Below are positions 1-13,755 of a stretch of 64,000 bases of DNA, in pieces. The DNA is from Eledone cirrhosa (lineage: Eukaryota). The stretch covers positions 40,052,001 to 40,116,000 of the forward strand of contig OZ024751.1 of NCBI GenBank assembly GCA_964016885.1. Direction: 5' to 3'. The notes under the pieces were generated by a model. The model made no database searches, had not been told where the DNA came from, and worked only from the letters and a program-made list of their open reading frames with translations. Within the stretch, counting starts at the first letter, position 1. Each line of letters opens with the position of its first letter. The translations under genes were made by a program, and so were the position numbers.

Positions 1-71
1 ACAACTTTTATACTCTGCTATGTATTGAGTACCTTACTTACTGTGGTTACCTCCGATTCAACCCAGAATAA

Positions 72-191
<120 letters not shown>

Positions 192-307
192 AAGAGAGAG
201 GGAGAGAGATCCCTATTTTGATCCCTCTTTCTGGAGATATGGTCAATATTTGGCCTTGAAACCTTAGGTAGGTTTTATTTCGTGTATGAGCATAAAGAAA
301 TAATATT

Positions 308-487
308 ATAGGCAGTGTCGGTAGAGGGTCGGACGCCATGCTTTGACGCATAGAGTTACGGCCCTTGCCATTCTGAGTTCAAATCCCGCCGAGGTTAACT
401 TTACCTTTCATCCTTACAGCGGTCGATAAATAAAGTACCAATAATGCACTGGGATAACTGCTGGCCTTGTGCCAAAAGTAGAAGCAA
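308..487 (+). mobile_element. tRNA-derived SINE family B; copies at ~1615-1800, 1915-2091, 31425-31630, 55060-55280, 55345-55577, 61140-61275 (all -) and 38290-38455 (+)
   Basis: GAGTTCAAATCCCGCCGAGGTTAACTTT...GGTCGATAAA...GCTGGCCTTGTGCC shared among copies. Confidence 0.85.
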
Positions 488-598
488 TTATATATATATA
501 TATGTGTGTGTATAATGACGCTAGAAATAGCACCCGAAATTCCGTCTAAATTTGCTCAAAAATGTAGGAGTAGCCAATATCAATAAAAAAAAAACCTG

Positions 599-693
599 TC
601 CCCTGAAGACAGAATAAATTCTTCCAATATTGGTTGTTTCAATGTATTGAAATAATTGATATTGTTTCTTAATTCCAGAAACCATGGTAGGTC
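599..693 (+). ncRNA. Degenerate hammerhead motif with extended stem II hairpin
   Basis: CTGAAGA 603-609; internal hairpin AATATTGGTTGTTTCAAT/ATTGAAATAATTGATATT; GAAA-CCATGG-TA at 678-689. Confidence 0.45.
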
Positions 694-836
694 TCACTAT
701 ATGAGTGAGAGTGACTTGCTTTAATTGGTTTAACTTATATCTCCACAAATCGAGATTTTGGCTTAAGTTTGATATGTTTAGTTGCTTCTCTGGTTTGATA
801 TTTTATCTTTTCGTTGAGATATCTAGTATTAGAAAC

Positions 837-888
<52 letters not shown>

Positions 889-897
889 ATATATATG

Positions 898-944
<47 letters not shown>

Positions 945-1073
945 CGAAGGAAATGTGGTAAGGAACCAGGTGGACCATAACGCACCAAAGTACTCAATAC
1001 TTAGGGTAGTAGGGTGGGTAATAGGAACGAGTAGGAACTCGTTCCTATATATATATATATGTGTGTGTGTATG

Positions 1074-1135
<62 letters not shown>

Positions 1136-1302
1136 CCACAAGCATATATTATTTAAAGTTTGGTGAAAAAAAACGAATATTCATTTAGTCCGGAAAACAA
1201 TGGCTTGTGAACTAAAAAAATGGTTATAGTGTCGGCTGGTGGAGATATAAAAAGTCCTGAAACACCATTGATACATCGTCTATTTTGGTTGCCTTGCTTG
1301 TT

Positions 1303-1316
1303 GTCTCCATAGTAAC
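1303..1316. promoter_or_regulatory. RFX X-box
   Basis: GTCTCCATAGTAAC fits the X-box consensus RTHNYYWTRRNRAC at all 14 positions; a GTTGCC half-site lies at 1288. Confidence 0.4.
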
Positions 1317-2574
1317 AACAGATACAGATTCATATAATGGTGATGTGGATTACAATCGTATTTGAGGGAAGAGATTTTAATTCGTCTGACATAATTGGTT
1401 TCTCGTTTCGTTAAATTATATCTGCTGTTAGGATTTGTGATTAATCAACTATCGTATTGAAATTGTGTCCAAGAGGAGAAATATTATATTTCAATTTAAC
1501 TAAACTATAAAAACCACAGTTTTGATTCGCTGAAATATTCACAGCAATGTCAATTTATATCTCTATAAATAATGCTTTCTTTGTTCACCACAAGGATTTA
1601 ATACATCTCTATAAATAATTGTTTCTACTTTTGGCACAAGGCCAGCAATTATTCCAGTGTATTACTGGTACTTTATTTTATCGACCCCGTAAGGATGAAA
1701 AGCAAAGTTAACCTCGGCGGGATTTGAACTCAGACCATAAAAGGTCGTAACTCTTTGTTGCAAAGCATGGCGTCCGACCCTCTACTGATACTGCTAATCC
1801 ACTTGGCAAAGGGAAGTGGGCAATCCGGAGACGGATAATTCTGGGGGTCTCCACACCAACCAAAATATAGAAGGAGAGGACTATATTATTGTCATTATTT
1901 ATATCTCTATAAATAATTGTTTCTACTTTAGGTACAAGGCCAGCAATTACCCAGTACATTACTGGTACTTTATTTTATCGACCCCGTAAGGATGAAAGGC
2001 AAAGTTAACATCGGCGGGATTTGAACTCAGATCATAAAGGGATGTAACTCTATGCTTCAAAGCATGGTGTCCGACCCTCTACCGATACTGCAAATAATGA
2101 CAATAATATAGTCCTCTCTTTCCATATTTTGGTTGGTGTGGAGACCCCCAGAATCATCCATCTCCGGATTGACCACTTCCCTTTGCCAAATCGTGATGAG
2201 GACATCGTAATGAAGTGAACTGGAATGGCTGACGCAGTGTATATCGCTAGCTTGGTCTTCCCGTCAATGTTTTCGACGCCATCTTGTCTGCTGTGCGGCG
2301 TTAGGATTTGTGGTTAATCAACTATGATATTTAAATGTGTCCAGCAGGAGAAATATCTTATATTTCAATCTAACTAAATTGTAATCGAGTCCTTTGCTTC
2401 ATTGCAATTCTCAGAGCAATGGCAATACCATATGTATCTATGGAACCGTGACTCCTGGTGGAGTTATTGGGGCGTGGTAATGACAGACGATTTTTCTGGG
2501 GTATTTTTCAAACCTGGCAAAGTCCTTCTCTCTTCTCCAGGTTTAAATATAGCTGACATCTTCCAGAAAAGGAG

Positions 2575-3025
2575 AGAGAGTGTGTGATAAAGAGGACGAA
2601 AGAGAGAGAATATAATAGAGGACGAAAGAGTGTGATAAAGTGGATATAAGAGAGAGTGTGTTAAAGAAGACGAAAGAGAGTGTGGTAGAGGAGGAAAGAG
2701 AAAGTTTGTGATAAAGAGGACAAAAGAAAGAGAGCGTGATAAAGAGCTCGAAAGAAAGAGTGTGATAAAGAAGACGAAAGAAAGAGTGTGATAAAGAAGA
2801 CGAAAGAAAGAGTGTGATAAAAAAGACGAAAGAAAGAGTGTGATAAAGAAGACGAAAGAAAGAGAGTGTGATAAAGAGAACGAAAGAAAGAGAGTGTGGT
2901 AGAGGAGGAAAGAAAAAGAGAGCGATAAAGAGGGCGAAAGAAAGAGTGTGATAAAGAGGGTGAAAGAAAGAAAGAGAGTGTGATAAAGAGAACGAAAGAG
3001 AGAGTGTGTGATAAAGAGGGTAAAA
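2575..3025. repeat. Degenerate purine-rich minisatellite (~26-28 bp)
   Basis: Recurring GAGTGTGATAAAGAAGACGAAAGAAA. Confidence 0.85.
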
Positions 3026-4088
3026 AAAAAAGAAATATAGCCGAGGTAATAGGTACAAGATGATAGTATATCCTGTAACAACAATTATCATATGTAACTG
3101 GTTCTCAGCTCTATAAAGGATTCCTCAGATATCAAAGGAATCTATGGTAGACTCTATTTGCAATAAAACTTCGTCTTGTTTTCCTGTTTCACATTTCTTT
3201 CCTATTCTCAAACTGCTGTCGTCGATATCGTTGTATATATATATCCATGCGTGTGTATGCATGTATATGCGATTCTCGGTAATTTATATATATATATATA
3301 TATATTCTGTGGATGAATTTATATCCTGATTCTCTTTTGAGATGAGTTTGAGTTATTTTTCCTAAATCTTTCGTTAACTACTTTTCCCATCTTGACGTTA
3401 TAGTCGCATATATGTTATAGAATGCCGTTAGCTTCTTGCTAAAACAATCTCTATACCTCTCATTTATATTTATACTCGGATTCTTTTCCCAGAGTGCTTA
3501 AACTATGTGACTAATCCCGGTTTTTTTCATAAAAACTGTGATAATTATTGCTATTTTGCTGAACTCCTTTGTAGAGTTTTTTTCAGAATGTATTTGACTG
3601 CTATTTCTTGTAAATAAACATTCACTTCCATCCTGACATCACTAGCCCCGTTTTTTCCTCATGTGCTTTTTCATAAATACACATGAAGGCGAACTAGCCA
3701 GTTTTAGAATTCCCTTTTTCGGATTATATTACTGTGAGAGCCCTGGTTTCTGTTGAGCTCTGCTGATGAATGAAATTCCAACCGTGACCATCTCCACTGA
3801 AAGTTTTCATGAAATAGTCTTTTAAGACTATACAGAGCATTTGATGTTATTCCAAATTGAAGGATAAGTGTTTCAAACTTTATTTTATCATGAGTTAAAG
3901 GTCTATAGATTTTTCCCTGGATTTTACTAAATTCTGTGGATGAATTTATATCCTGATTTTCTTTTGAGATGAGTTTGAGTTATTTTTCCTAAATCTTTCG
4001 TTAACTACTTTTCCCATCTTGACGTTATAGTCGCATATATGTTATAGAATGCCGTTAGCTTCTTGCTAAAACAATCTCTATACCTCTC

Positions 4089-4142
<54 letters not shown>

Positions 4143-4144
<2 letters not shown>

Positions 4145-4358
4145 ATAATAATAAATTTGAAGACTAAAATCCAAAGAGGGCTCGATAAGGATAAATATAT
4201 ATCAAATATATAAGAACCGTAGAGCAAATATTTATTAAAATAACAGATTAAAGTTTAAGCAAAGAATCGCTGCTTTCACCCTTAACGGGATCTTCTGAAA
4301 CTCTTTCAGAAGATCCCGTTAAGGGTGAAAGCAGCGATTCTTTTCTTAAACTTTAATG
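4143..4358. mobile_element. Fold-back short element; second copy at 56330-56562
   Basis: Near-identical copies 52 kb apart, each with a long palindrome around TCTGAA...TTCAGA. Confidence 0.75.
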
Positions 4359-4368
4359 TTATTTATAT

Positions 4369-4424
<56 letters not shown>

Positions 4425-4426
<2 letters not shown>

Positions 4427-4620
4427 CGAAGGAAATGTGGTAAGGAACCAGGTGGACCATAACGCACCAAAATACTCAATACTTAGGGTAGTAGAGTGGG
4501 TAATAGGAACGAGTAGGACCCCGACGGCTGAGCTCAAGCCGTTTCGACGGCTAATTCTGTACTGAGTCCAGAATTAGCCGTCGAAACAGCTTGAGCTCGG
4601 CCGTCGGGGTCCTACTCGTT

Positions 4621-4625
<5 letters not shown>
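4425..4625. mobile_element. Fold-back short element in (TA)n; relatives at 943-1048 and 39163-39243
   Basis: ~57-bp arms ATAGGAACGAGTAGGACCCCGACGG...CCGTCGGGGTCCTACTCGTTCCTAT. Confidence 0.75.
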
Positions 4626-4670
<45 letters not shown>

Positions 4671-4894
4671 ATATATACATATATACATATATACATGCAT
4701 GTGTGCTTATTATATGTATGTCTATGTGTGTTATATATATATACTCACACACAGTGGAACACACACACACATACACATACTTTATGTATATATACACGTG
4801 TGTGTGTGTGTGTGTGAGTGAGAGAGAGAGAGAGAATTTGTGTATACGCGCATTCATAAATATATATATATAAAAATTGATACTCTATGCGTAC

Positions 4895-4968
<74 letters not shown>

Positions 4969-5599
4969 ATGAATATATATATATGTGTGTATGTGTGTGT
5001 GTGTGTGTGTGTAATTTGATTAAACTTTAGTACATTGTTGCGTGTTGACAAAGATGAAGTTGTCCTCCCCCCGAGTGTGATTCAATCATGAGAATCTCTG
5101 TCAGTTTTTGTTTTGTTAGAAAGTGAAATAGTCGCCAAATGAACGACTGAAAAGTAATTTATTGGAACTAAATCACTTTCCTCCGACAATTCAATCACTC
5201 ACCAGGGTGTATACCTGTGTGTGCACGTTACTGTGTTAGTGTGTGTCTGTTACTGTGTGTGTCTGTTACTGTGTGTGTGTCTGTTACTGTGTTGATGTGT
5301 GTATGCCTATTACTGTGTTAGTGTGTCTTACTGTTACTGTGTGTGTGTGTGTGTGTCTGTTACTAAGTGTGTCTTACTGTGTCTGTTACTGTGTGTGTGT
5401 GTGTGTGTCTGTTACTGTGTTAGTGTGTGCATGCATGTGTATCTGCAGTAGCGTGTTAGTGTATGTGTTTCTGTGTTAATGTGTTCGTATGTGCTAATGT
5501 GTTAGTGCGTGTGTTAGTGTGTTCGTATGCGCTAATGTGTTAGTGCGTGTCTTTCGGTGTCTATAGCTATATATTAGTGTTATGTGTTTGTGCCTATGT

Positions 5600-6745
<1,146 letters not shown>

Positions 6746-7415
6746 TTGGAGAGCGTGTTAGAAATAGGTAGATAAACACCAACACCCCTACCAAAGCCTC
6801 CACCACTGGACATTTAATGTAGATGGTTAAAGCATGGACTCTCCCTTCCCTCTCCCCATCATTGAATTATAGAATGTTATTGTTGTATTCACTTAACTAA
6901 TTGATGAAACGTTTCAGTCTTCAGCGTTTCAAATTTGGTCCGTCTCTCTCGACTCTCGTGTCAAATCCCGCTAGATTCAACGTTTTACTTTCGTCTTTTT
7001 GAGGTAGGTAAATAAAATACCAGCCAAGGGTATTGAGATGGGGGAGGGGATATTTTGTTAGGGTATCTGTAGGGGTGGATGCATTGCAGTATCTATTCTG
7101 GCTCTTTGTCATCTCAGTTTAAATGTTCTCTCTCACTAGAGTCGCTTGCTTCGATAATAATGTTGTTTTTTTGTTTTTTGTAAAGCAGACATCGGGCCCA
7201 ATGAAAACTAGGGAAGACAAGTCTAACCCCTTGGGCTATCATTTTTATTATTATTTTTTTTTTTTGCTGTTATTTTTTTTCACTGAATTTTCTCAATCTT
7301 CGGTGAATCTGTTGTTATGCTTCCTCCACTTTTATATAAGGCTCTTGAACATATGAGGTGTTTTAATAACTCGAAAGGTTGAGGGACAAACTGACTTCGC
7401 ATTAGATAGACCCAC

Positions 7416-10400
7416 TAGACAGACACTTTACTATCACTACCTGCCAACAAATAATTAGTTGTGGGAGGGTTTAGCAGATAGATAGAGCCTGCATTTTTGT
7501 AACTCAAGAAGAAATAGGAAGTTAGACGTATTCTTTTTCATATTAAAAAAACCCTCCCTCACACCACAATTTTAAACCACGTAATATATGGGTCTACAGT
7601 ATAATACATATTACAATATTTAGTTTCATGTGATGTAGTTCTGGGTTCAAGGTTTACCGGAGTCTATTTGAAATTCTAAACTCAATTTTAAATTAGTTAT
7701 GGCTTAATTCGTACATTTTTTTCTTTCGTATTTACATCTTGTTAACGTTTTTTAACACTTCATCCATTAAATGTGTTCGTTTATAGACAGATACTTTACT
7801 ATCACAGCCTGCCAACAAATAATTAGTTGTGAGGGTTAGCAGGTAGATAGAGCCTGTATTTTTGTATTTCAAGAATAAATAGGAAGTTAGACGTATTCTA
7901 TTTCATATTAAACCCCCAACACCACAATTTTAAACCACGTAATATATAGGTCCATGGTATTATACATATTGGTTTTTAGGTTTCATGTGATGTAGTTCTG
8001 AGTTCGAGGTTTACCGGAGTCTACTTTAAATTCTAAACTGAATTTTAAATTAGTTATTGCTTAATTCGTACTTTTTTCTGTCGTATTTACATCTTGTTAA
8101 CGTTTTTTAACACTTCATCCATTAAATGTGTTCGTTTATAGACAGACACACACATTACTATCACAGCCTGCCAACAAATAATTAGTTGCGGTGGTTAGCA
8201 GGTAGACAAAGCCTGTATTTTTGTAGTTCACAAAGAAATAGGAAGTTCGACGTATCCTTTTTCATATTAAAAAACCCTCTCTAACACCACAATTTTAAAC
8301 CACGTAATATATGGGTCTACAGTATAATACATATTACAATATTTAGTTTCATGTGATGTAGTTCTGGGTTCAAGGTTTACCGGAGTCTATTTGAAATTCT
8401 AAACTCAATTTTAAATTAGTTATGGCTTAATTCGTACATTTTTTCTTTCGTATTTACATCTTGTTAACGTTTTTTAACACTTCATCCATTAAATGTGTTC
8501 GTTTATAGACAGATACTTTACTATCACAGCCTGCCAACAAATAATTAGTTGTGAGGGTTAGCAGGTAGATAGAGCCTGTATTTTTGTATTTCAAGAATAA
8601 ATAGGAAGTTAGACGTATTCTATTTCCTATTAAACCCCCAACACCACAATTTTAAACCACGTAATATATAGGTCCACGGTATTATACATATTAGTTTTTA
8701 GGTTTCATGTGATGTAGTTCTGAGTTCGAGGTTTACCGGAGTCTACTTTAAATTCTAAACTGAATTTTAAATTAGTTATTGCTTAATTCGTACTTTTTTC
8801 TTTCCTATTTACATCTTGTTAACGTTTTTTAACACTTCATCCATTAAATGTGTTCGTTTATAGACAGACACATTACTATCACAGCCTGCCAACAAATAAT
8901 TAGTTGCGGTGGTTAGCAGGTAGATAGAGACTGTATTTTTGTAGTTCAAGAATAAATAGGAAGTTAGACGTATTCTATTTCATATTAAACCCCCAACACC
9001 ACAATTTTAAACCACGTAATATATAGGTCTATGGTATTATACATATTGGTTTTTAGGTTTCATGTGATGTAGTTCTGAGTTCGAGGTTTACCGGAGTCTA
9101 CTTTAAATTCTAAACTGAATTTTAAATTAGTTATTGCTTAATTCGTACTTTTTTCTTTCCTATTTACATCTTGTTAACGTTTTTTAACACTTCATCCATT
9201 AAATGTGTTCGTTTATAGACAGACACATTACTATCACAGCCTGCCAACAAATAATTAGTTGCGGTGGTTAGCAGGTAGACAAAGCCTGTATTTTTGTAGT
9301 TCAAGAAGAAATAGGAAGTTAGACGTATTTTTTTTCATATTAAACCCCCAACACCACAATTTTAAACCACGTAATATATAGGCCCATGGTATTATACATA
9401 TTGGTTTTTAGGTTTCATGTGATGTAGTTCTGAGTTCGAGGTTTACCGGAGTCTACTTTAAATTCTAAACTGAATTTTAAATTAGTTATTGCTTAATTCG
9501 TACTTTTTTCTTTCCTATTTACATCTTGTTAACGTTTTTTAACACTTCGTCCATTAAATGTGTTCGTTTATAGACAGACACATTACTATCACAGCCTGCC
9601 AACAAATAATTAGTTGCGGTGGTTAGCAGGTAGACAAAGCCTGTATTTTTGTAGTTCACGAAGAAATAGGAAGTTAGACGTATTCTTTTTCATATTAAAA
9701 AACCCTCCCCAACACCACAATTTTAAACCACGTAATATATGGGTCTACAGTATAATACATACTACAATATTTAGTTTCATGTGATGTAGTTCTGGGTTCA
9801 AGGTTTACCGGAGTCTACTTTAAATTCTAAACTAAATTTTTAATTAGTTATGGCTTAATTCGTACTTTTTTTCTTTCGTATTTACATCTTGTTACCGTTT
9901 TTTAACACTTCATCCATTAAATGTGTTCATTTATAGACAGATACTTTACTATCACAGCCTGCCAACAAATAATTAGTTGCGGTATATAGCAGGTAGACAG
10001 AGCCTATATTTTTGTAGTTCAAGAAGAAATAGGAAGTTAGACGTATTTTTTTCATAGTAAACCCCCAACACCACAATTTTAAACCACGTAATATATAGGT
10101 CCACGGTATTATACATATTAGTTTTTAGGTTTCATGTGATGTAGTTCTGAGTTCGAGGTTTACCGGAGTCTACTTTAAATTCTAAACTGAATTTTAAATT
10201 AGTTATTGCTTAATTCGTACTTATTTCTTTCCTATTTACATCTTGTTAACGTTTTTTAACACTTCATCCATTAAATGTGTTCGTTTATAGACAGACACAT
10301 TACTATCACAGCCTGCCAACAAATAATTAGTTGCGGTGGTTAGCAGGTAGACAAAGCCTGTATTTTTGTAGTTCACGAAGAAATAGGAAGTTAGACGTAT

Positions 10401-11720
10401 TCTTTTTCATATTAAAAAACCCTCCCCAACACCACAATTTTAAACCACGTAATATATGGGTCTACAGTATAATACATACTACAATATTTAGTTTCATGTG
10501 ATGTAGTTCTGGGTTCAAGGTTTACCGGAGTCTACTTTAAATTCTAAACTAAATTTTTAATTAGTTATGGCTTAATTCGTACTTTTTTTCTTTCGTATTT
10601 ACATCTTGTTAACGTTTTTTAACACTTCATCCATTAAATGTGTTCATTTATAGACAGATACTTTACTATCACAGCCTGCCAACAAATAATTAGTTGCGGT
10701 ATATAGCAGGTAGACAGAGCCTATATTTTTGTAGTTCAAGAAGAAATAGGAAGTTAGACGTATTTTTTTCATAGTAAACCCCCAACACCACAATTTTAAA
10801 CCACGTAATATATAGGTCCACGGTATTATACATATTAGTTTTTAGGTTTCATGTGATGTAGTTCTGAGTTCGAGGTTTACCGGAGTCTACTTTAAATTCT
10901 AAACTGAATTTTAAATTAGTTATTGCTTAATTCGTACTTATTTCTTTCCTATTTACATCTTGTTAACGTTTTTTAACACTTCATCCATTAAATGTGTTCG
11001 TTTATAGACAGACACATTACTATCACAGCCTGCCAACAAATAATTAGTTGCGGTGGTTAGCAGGTAGACAAAGCCTGTATTTTTGTAGTTCACGAAGAAA
11101 TAGGAAGTTAGACGTATTCTTTTTCATATTAAAAAACCCTCCCCAACACCACAATTTTAAACCACGTAATATATGGGTCTACAGTATAATACATACTACA
11201 ATATTTAGTTTCATGTGATGTAGTTCTGGGTTCAAGGTTTACCGGAGTCTACTTTAAATTCTAAACTAAATTTTTAATTAGTTATGGCTTAATTCGTACT
11301 TTTTTTCTTTCGTATTTACATCTTGTTAACGTTTTCTAACACTTCATCCATTAAATGTGTTCATTTATAGACAGATACTTTACTATCACAGCCTGCCAAC
11401 AAATAATTAGTTGCGGTATATAGCAGGTAGACAGAGCCTATATTTTTGTAGTTCAAGAAGAAATAGGAAGTTAGACGTATTTTTTTCATAGTAAACCCCC
11501 AACACCACAATTTTAAACCACGTAATATATAGGTCCACGGTATTATACATATTAGTTTTTAGGTTTCATGTGATGTAGTTCTGAGTTCGAGGTTTACCGG
11601 AGTCTACTTTAAATTCTAAACTGAATTTTAAATTAGTTATTGCTTAATTCGTACTTATTTCTTTCCTATTTACATCTTGTTAACGTTTTCTAACATTTCA
11701 TCCATAAAATGTGTTCGTAT
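7416..11720. repeat. Satellite array, 12 units of ~355-368 bp, two subtypes
   Basis: Units start near 7416, 7784, 8139, 8506, 8861, 9216, 9571, 9933, 10288, 10650, 11005, 11367. Confidence 0.95.
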
Positions 11721-11942
11721 TTAAGAAGCTTGTATTTATTGTTAAGCATGCAGATGGCGTCTGGAAATTATTTAATCTTCAGATATTTTAAAATCGATAA
11801 AAAAAATTAACTGATTGATTGAATCGTATATAACATCTGTTCTAGAAGACAAATGAAAATAAAAATCGATAAACGATACCACCTTCACTTTACGTCTGCC
11901 CTGAAACTGTCGTGGAGGTGTCTTTAGTTGTCTACCTTGTTT

Positions 11943-11952
11943 ATGGCTCTAG
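11943..11952 (+). CDS. Candidate initiating exon end (MAL-) for the 13553 TM exon
   Basis: ATGGCTCTAG|GTAAAC is a phase-1 donor compatible with the 13553 acceptor; an in-frame TAG lies upstream; YY1-like AGATGGCG near 11751. Confidence 0.3.
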
Positions 11953-12614
11953 GTAAACATCTTATGTACTACACACATACATTCACACACACATGATTAT
12001 AAGCACTCTATTAGGCTTGTGAAGTGTGTGAATGCCTGTATCAGTATGTTTATACATGATCTATCTATCTATCTCTCTCTATATATATATATATAATATG
12101 GACGAGGTGTTAAATTTTCATTACATTTATTGAGGTGTGACGCACGTCTCACGATTGATCAGCTCCGATCAGGCCCGACTCTGGAAAATATATATATATA
12201 TATATACACACACAGTACGTCCCCAACTTACGAAGGAGTTACATTCCAAGAAGCCGTTCGTTAGTTGATCGTCTAACACAGCACGTACCAGTAAGACCAT
12301 ATATATTACATTAATACAACAGGTTTCCATATGAGTGATATATATTTTTTTTTATTTTTTTTTTTCTTTCCTCCTGTCTTTCTTTATCTCTCTCTTTTTT
12401 CTCCATGCATTTCTCTCTCTCCGATATTTCTCCACGTTTTTTTCTTTTTCTCTCTCTCCGTCTTTTTTCTTTCTCTCCGTCTTTTTCTAATTGTCCTTAA
12501 CACTAAGACTTATTAAAATAATATAAACAATTCACTATCCAGATGGCTTCCAAAAATAATGGTTGCATTTTAAAAGGGTACGTCAAAGCTTATTTGTAAA
12601 ACTGTTATATATTG

Positions 12615-12679
12615 TATTTTGTCTGATGAAGGCATACCATAATTTAATTTGGTATCCCTGAAATATGTATAATGAAATA
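12615..12679 (+). ncRNA. Type I minimal hammerhead ribozyme motif, near intact
   Basis: Stem I TATTTTGT/ATGAAATA; core CTGATGA (12623-12629); stem II AGGCATACCA/TGGTATCCCT (one mismatch); GAAA; mini stem III TATGTA; TA cleavage after 12671. Confidence 0.7.
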
Positions 12680-12718
12680 AATATGGTTTTATAAATATAG
12701 TTTCCATTTATTAATATC

Positions 12719-12755
<37 letters not shown>

Positions 12756-13078
12756 CAGTATATAGAGGTTTATATAACATGTAATAATGAATTTAAATAC
12801 TGTAAAGCTAATGACAATAAATTGTTAAAGAAAAAAAGTACTTTTTCAATTCTGCGAAAGTAAGATTGAATCCCATACCGTAGGTACGATTTCAGCTTGT
12901 TTTTATGCTGCAAAAGAAAGAACCCAGGACCCGAATTGCACACAAAAACGAACCCTCCCCGGAAGAAAACAACAAAACTACGAAAGACAAAATTTAATTA
13001 ATCTTTAAAATGTGAGAACTTGTATACTGGGGTGGCCTCAAAGTGGCCAGTGGTGAGACTGAGCATGCGTGGTTCAGT

Positions 13079-13120
<42 letters not shown>

Positions 13121-13552
13121 AATATTCGAGCTCCGTGGATATTCCGTTGGCTGGACAGGATGGTAAATAGAGCAGTCACAAGGCATAGGTAAATATCCAG
13201 GTTCAAAGATTTTTTTTTGTGTTTTTCTGGACCTTTTTTATGTTTCTCCGTTGTAATCCTGTTTCTATCTTGTACTCCTGAAGAAGGGCTTAAGTCCGAC
13301 ACGTTGAACTTTCTTTCTTTCCTTTCCAATATAAAGCGTGAAACTAATAAGACTTTTTTGTACCTCTGTTTGTTGTCTCCTTGAACTGTATATATCTATC
13401 TATATATATATATATATTTGTCTTTCTTTCTCTCTCTGTCCCTCTCCTTCCCTTACTCTTTCTATCTAAATCTCTCTCACTTGCTCTCTCATTCTCTCTC
13501 CCATTTTTACTTCCTCTATAAATTTCACTGTCTCTTTATCTATCTTTTCCAG

Positions 13553-13755
13553 ATCATCTTGATGCTGACCTTCTAAAGGTAGAGAAGGGTGGACTGCTTT
13601 TGGCCGGACTATTGGTGTTGATAACGTTCTTGATGTTGTTGCTAGGGGCACTTTTACTAGCAACATGCCGGACATCCGTAGTGGACACCACACCAAATTA
13701 CGTCCTCTTGCAGCCGACATCTGACCAGGATAACTACAAAATGGACATTGAATAG
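13553..13755 (+). CDS. Terminal exon of an unidentified single-pass membrane protein
   Basis: Long polypyrimidine tract + TTCCAG acceptor; open frame xHLDADLLKVEKGGLLLAGLLVLITFLMLLLGALLLATCRTSVVDTTPNYVLLQPTSDQDNYKMDIE*; AATAAA at 13757-13762 just after the stop; unique-looking, GC-balanced sequence. Confidence 0.65.

Noticed and set aside
2365-2560. Coding-looking minus-strand stretch (MSAIFKPGEERRTLPGLKNTPEK...)
   Set aside because: Short, needs a frameshift to extend, no recognisable family or exon partners.
7416-11720. Tandem coding exons or a CRISPR-like array
   Set aside because: Candidate exon has stops in all three frames; no unique spacers; eukaryotic context.
13466-13720. 84-aa minus-strand ORF
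   Set aside because: Shadow of the better-supported plus-strand TM exon.
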